NCBI GenBank assembly: GCA_025594325.1
Contig: JANHCV010000007.1
Coordinates: 1,550,001 to 1,614,000 of the forward strand
Length of the DNA: 64,000 nucleotides
Direction of reading: 5' to 3'
DNA from: Blastocladiella emersonii ATCC 22665
Taxonomy: Eukaryota > Fungi > Blastocladiomycota
Position 1 is the stretch's first letter. Every line of letters begins with the position of its first letter. Under the pieces are notes generated by a model that was not told the origin of the DNA, made no database searches, and saw only the letters and a program-made list of their open reading frames with translations. Below are positions 62,201-64,000 of the stretch, piece by piece. The position numbers and the translations under genes were made by a program.

Positions 62201-64000
62201 GTCGCACCTCGACCCGCTCGAGCCCGCGTCTGTCATGTCGCTCCTCGGCATGAAACCGCCGACCCCGCCGCCTCAGCCGCCGCCCCCGCTCGTCATCCAC
62301 CCGTCGATCCCCGTCGGCATCGCAGCCGGCGGCGCGCCCGTCGCCGCTTTCCCGCCGGCCCACGCGCCCGCGCTCGCCGCGGCCGCCGCCGCCGCCGCCG
62401 CCGTTGCCGCGGACCCCGTCGGGAGCATGGCCTCCCTCGCAGGCTCCGCGTCCGCACTCACCACCGCCCACGGCCGCTCGCGCTCGCGCGCGCGCGCCCT
62501 CTCCCTACAAACGCCCGACGCCGCGGCCCTCGTCCGGCTCGCCGCCGACTTCCCGTCGCTGTTCGCCGCGGCCTCCGCGTTTCCCGCGGTCCAGGCCGCT
62601 GACAAGCTGCTCATGGACGAGGCGACGCGGTACCTCGTGCAGTCGCGCCACGCGAAAGCGGCGAAGTGGCACCGCACGCCCGACCGGTGGACTGATTGGG
62701 TCGACGAGGAGCGCGAGCGGCGCGCCAAGACGTCGGCGTGTGCGACGTGGGCGGCGTCGGTCACGCCGCAGTCGCCGACGACGCCGACGACGCCCGGGTT
62801 CGGCGCCGGTGTACGGGCCCGGAGTGCGTCACGCGGCGCGGCCAGTGGGGTTTCGTCCCCGCCCCCGCCGACGGCAGCGTACCCGCGCACCCGCCCGCGC
62901 GCAGCCAGTTTTGCGGGCCCGTCGCACCCGATGCCCCCACCGCTCGCGGCCGCGCACCAGCCGGCGGCTGACCCTCCCGGCGCCGCGGGCGGAGCCGCGA
63001 ACCGCCGCCGCTCGTCCATCTCCGTGTCCCCGTCGCGCCGCCGGTCGCAGTCCAAGGACACGTCCCCGCTGCGCCGGCTGTCGGCCGACAACCTGCGGCA
63101 CAAGCGCCTCTCGCTCGCGTCGTCGTCGGTCACGCAGTTCAGTACCGCCGCGGGGACGATCCAGGGGAGTGTCGCCGACGACCTCGACTCGAGCGGGTCC
63201 GGGTCCGGGTCCGAGCCGCCGCACTCGCGCCGCGCGAGCGAGACACCGTTTCTTGACTCCGCGCACGCCCATTCCCGGTCGCGTTCCGGGCTCCTCGACT
63301 CGTCGTCGCTCGCGATCGCAGGAAGCGCGGTCCCGTCTGAACTCGATCTCGCGGCATCCGTCGCGCCCGCGGCCGCGATGACGCCCACCATGATCCACTC
63401 GGCCGCGGGGTCCGGGACCGGGTCGCCCGCGCACTCGGCCGAGGTCCGCGACCGCTCGCACGATCTCGAGGGGACGCGGATCGTTGAGGAGGAGGGCCGC
63501 GGGCGTGTCCTCGGGCGCCGCGCGAGTGGTGAGAGCCAGCCGAGTACCGCCGAGGGGAGCGGCGAGACGTACCCCGAAGAAGACGAGCAGGAGCAGCAAG
63601 CGCCGCCGTCGCGCCCCGCGTCGTCCACCCCGCAACCGCAGCCGGTCCTCCTGCAGGGCCTGTCGGACAAGTTCGCCCTGCTGAAACAGTCGGTCGACCA
63701 GACCATCGCGCGCAGCATGTCGCAGCTGTCGGCGATCGTCGAGGACGAGCTCAAGGACGGGTCGCCGCAGGGCGGCAGCGGCGAGGTCGCGCCCACCCCG
63801 CTCCTCCAGCTCCTCCTCAACCTCATCGGCGTCTCGCAAGCCATGATGGACGCGTCCCCGCGCGACCTCTACGACCACCCCGCCACGTGTTTCGCCATGG
63901 TCCGACGCATGCAGGCGCTGATTACCGCGGCGGGGCTCCCCGCGGGGTCGCTCGTCGGGCATTGTGTCTACGGGATCCTCATTGCAGCCGCGATGCTGTC
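59280..64000 (+). CDS. Very large low-complexity protein, probably the N-terminal part of a Rim15/IRE-like AGC kinase (runs off window; possible upstream exon 59015-59184)
   Basis: Open frame from 59280 to the window end. RYLVQSRHAKAAKW and the helical DKFALLKQSVDQTI...CFAMVRRMQ...LIAAAML segment resemble the region preceding the kinase domain in Rim15/IRE-like proteins. The kinase domain itself is not in the window. Confidence 0.55.
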   Translation, partial: MASAPQKPPPPSSTPPPALPLSTTSSSSPTPAAPTADPTAAAVPPAPPATPVRQPSATAPGGPIVPGRPRIPSRRSSPLNPNSTTANANNAAAAAAVTPLAVSAAMAAAAAGSPSPSAPSPLMMAAAAAAASPTTLVASPVPQPQQPDPDADLPAAGTLDAASPPTAVELPPAHQHYHSLRAMRASSVSASASDLTHHAAAVSLASSAQQHPASTSSSGSVETPAIAASFAMPATPSRTRAHSRSASLEQSVLLAQLAQLQLQGGQPGAVNAIVTGAVPAPSANASAVQQQQPVTPQQQQQTVTGTGHITPTSSPRLSASLHRSAGAPSSGVSLPAPVTPVQPRMHRANSSGSSGSGPTAAAAATTTAGSSAGGSSVSLSHIASTAASGSPLLPPTSSSSLPRQHHHHYDNDTADLPPSRTASPRTHATQSMSMTGLTPLLLGSAALGPPGSPASVTPGTSPIVGTVQAKLFIKTRRHSTASPGPRTPNSPSSSATNSPTLSHAPIGFGTTPPTGSMAGLVNTPVSPSAARTLGFSAASVASVYSGGSGAGGGGGSVPSSPSSTHSAASLHRRSRLGSYEAKGGRANAVSRDEPVLSRSAVDLVARHQADSASLLGRSMSPAPSLPPAGYGSSPGGHAVGEGGLTVRSLSSVVPSPVPEDDRSGSGTATAADYSPRAPLTVTSALSARSPAYDLDDDEDDDDRSEGSVASAPCLRSAANNVLTPTSAAAAASTVAGFHPVFPAAQPRGPLASTSSLLSMGILRAAGTGSTGIPQAGPDAAIWSVLAAPTLAGAGASSRASRAELNAAPSHATATGAAGAASQSPARRDVVYDPVATLSTSAPELPLPPVNAAEASHALQHRGRHRYRPRAHTTQVQRFAAAEHHPSSRAATADPGSPRIISRSPSPTAASLSLPRRPRSPTPVPSRSRSEGTPSPSPSLSRNRGSRSSGLWLDDRGGAASDVVKSPTPPPAPAPSHLDPLEPASVMSLLGMKPPTPPPQPPPPLVIHPSIPVGIAAGGAPVAAFPPAHAPALAAAAAAAAAVAADPVGSMASLAGSASALTTAHGRSRSRARALSLQTPDAAALVRLAADFPSLFAAASAFPAVQAADKLLMDEATRYLVQSRHAKAAKWHRTPDRWTDWVDEERERRAKTSACATWAASVTPQSPTTPTTPGFGAGVRARSASRGAASGVSSPPPPTAAYPRTRPRAASFAGPSHPMPPPLAAAHQPAADPPGAAGGAANRRRSSISVSPSRRRSQSKDTSPLRRLSADNLRHKRLSLASSSVTQFSTAAGTIQGSVADDLDSSGSGSGSEPPHSRRASETPFLDSAHAHSRSRSGLLDSSSLAIAGSAVPSELDLAASVAPAAAMTPTMIHSAAGSGTGSPAHSAEVRDRSHDLEGTRIVEEEGRGRVLGRRASGESQPSTAEGSGETYPEEDEQEQQAPPSRPASSTPQPQPVLLQGLSDKFALLKQSVDQTIARSMSQLSAIVEDELKDGSPQGGSGEVAPTPLLQLLLNLIGVSQAMMDASPRDLYDHPATCFAMVRRMQALITAAGLPAGSLVGHCVYGILIAAAML

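Overview
GC-rich eukaryotic DNA with short (about 55-70 nt) GT-AG introns. It most likely comes from an early-diverging zoosporic fungus such as Blastocladiomycota (inference from gene content and intron style). Host genes occupy both flanks. Left: a Cch1-type four-domain Ca2+ channel, tyrosine aminotransferase, Trm10, a YML020W-like hydrolase, a CHASE-domain sensor with a degenerate histidine-kinase module, and an arrestin-domain protein. Right: alpha-tubulin and the start of a probable Rim15-like kinase. The window opens in the 5' end of a PIF/Harbinger transposon. From about 23 to 55 kb lies a transposon-rich island. It contains an inverted pair of two-gene DNA elements, a Rep-less Helitron with Helitron2-like asymmetric inverted repeats, an AGATCT-rich element, and two nested Ty3/Gypsy chromoviruses. 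The inner chromovirus is full length, with a self-priming PBS and a -1 frameshift signal. The island is bounded by a 1.6-kb inverted duplication whose geometry suggests a ~29-kb inversion. The best leads are: (i) a degenerate Fanzor (eukaryotic TnpB)-like RuvC-II segment at 12.4-12.9 kb, flanked by two structure-conserved hairpin RNAs that could be omegaRNA scaffolds; (ii) a Gln/Ser beta-arch repeat protein that looks like a functional amyloid; (iii) the unusual Helitron. All calls were made by eye, without database searches.
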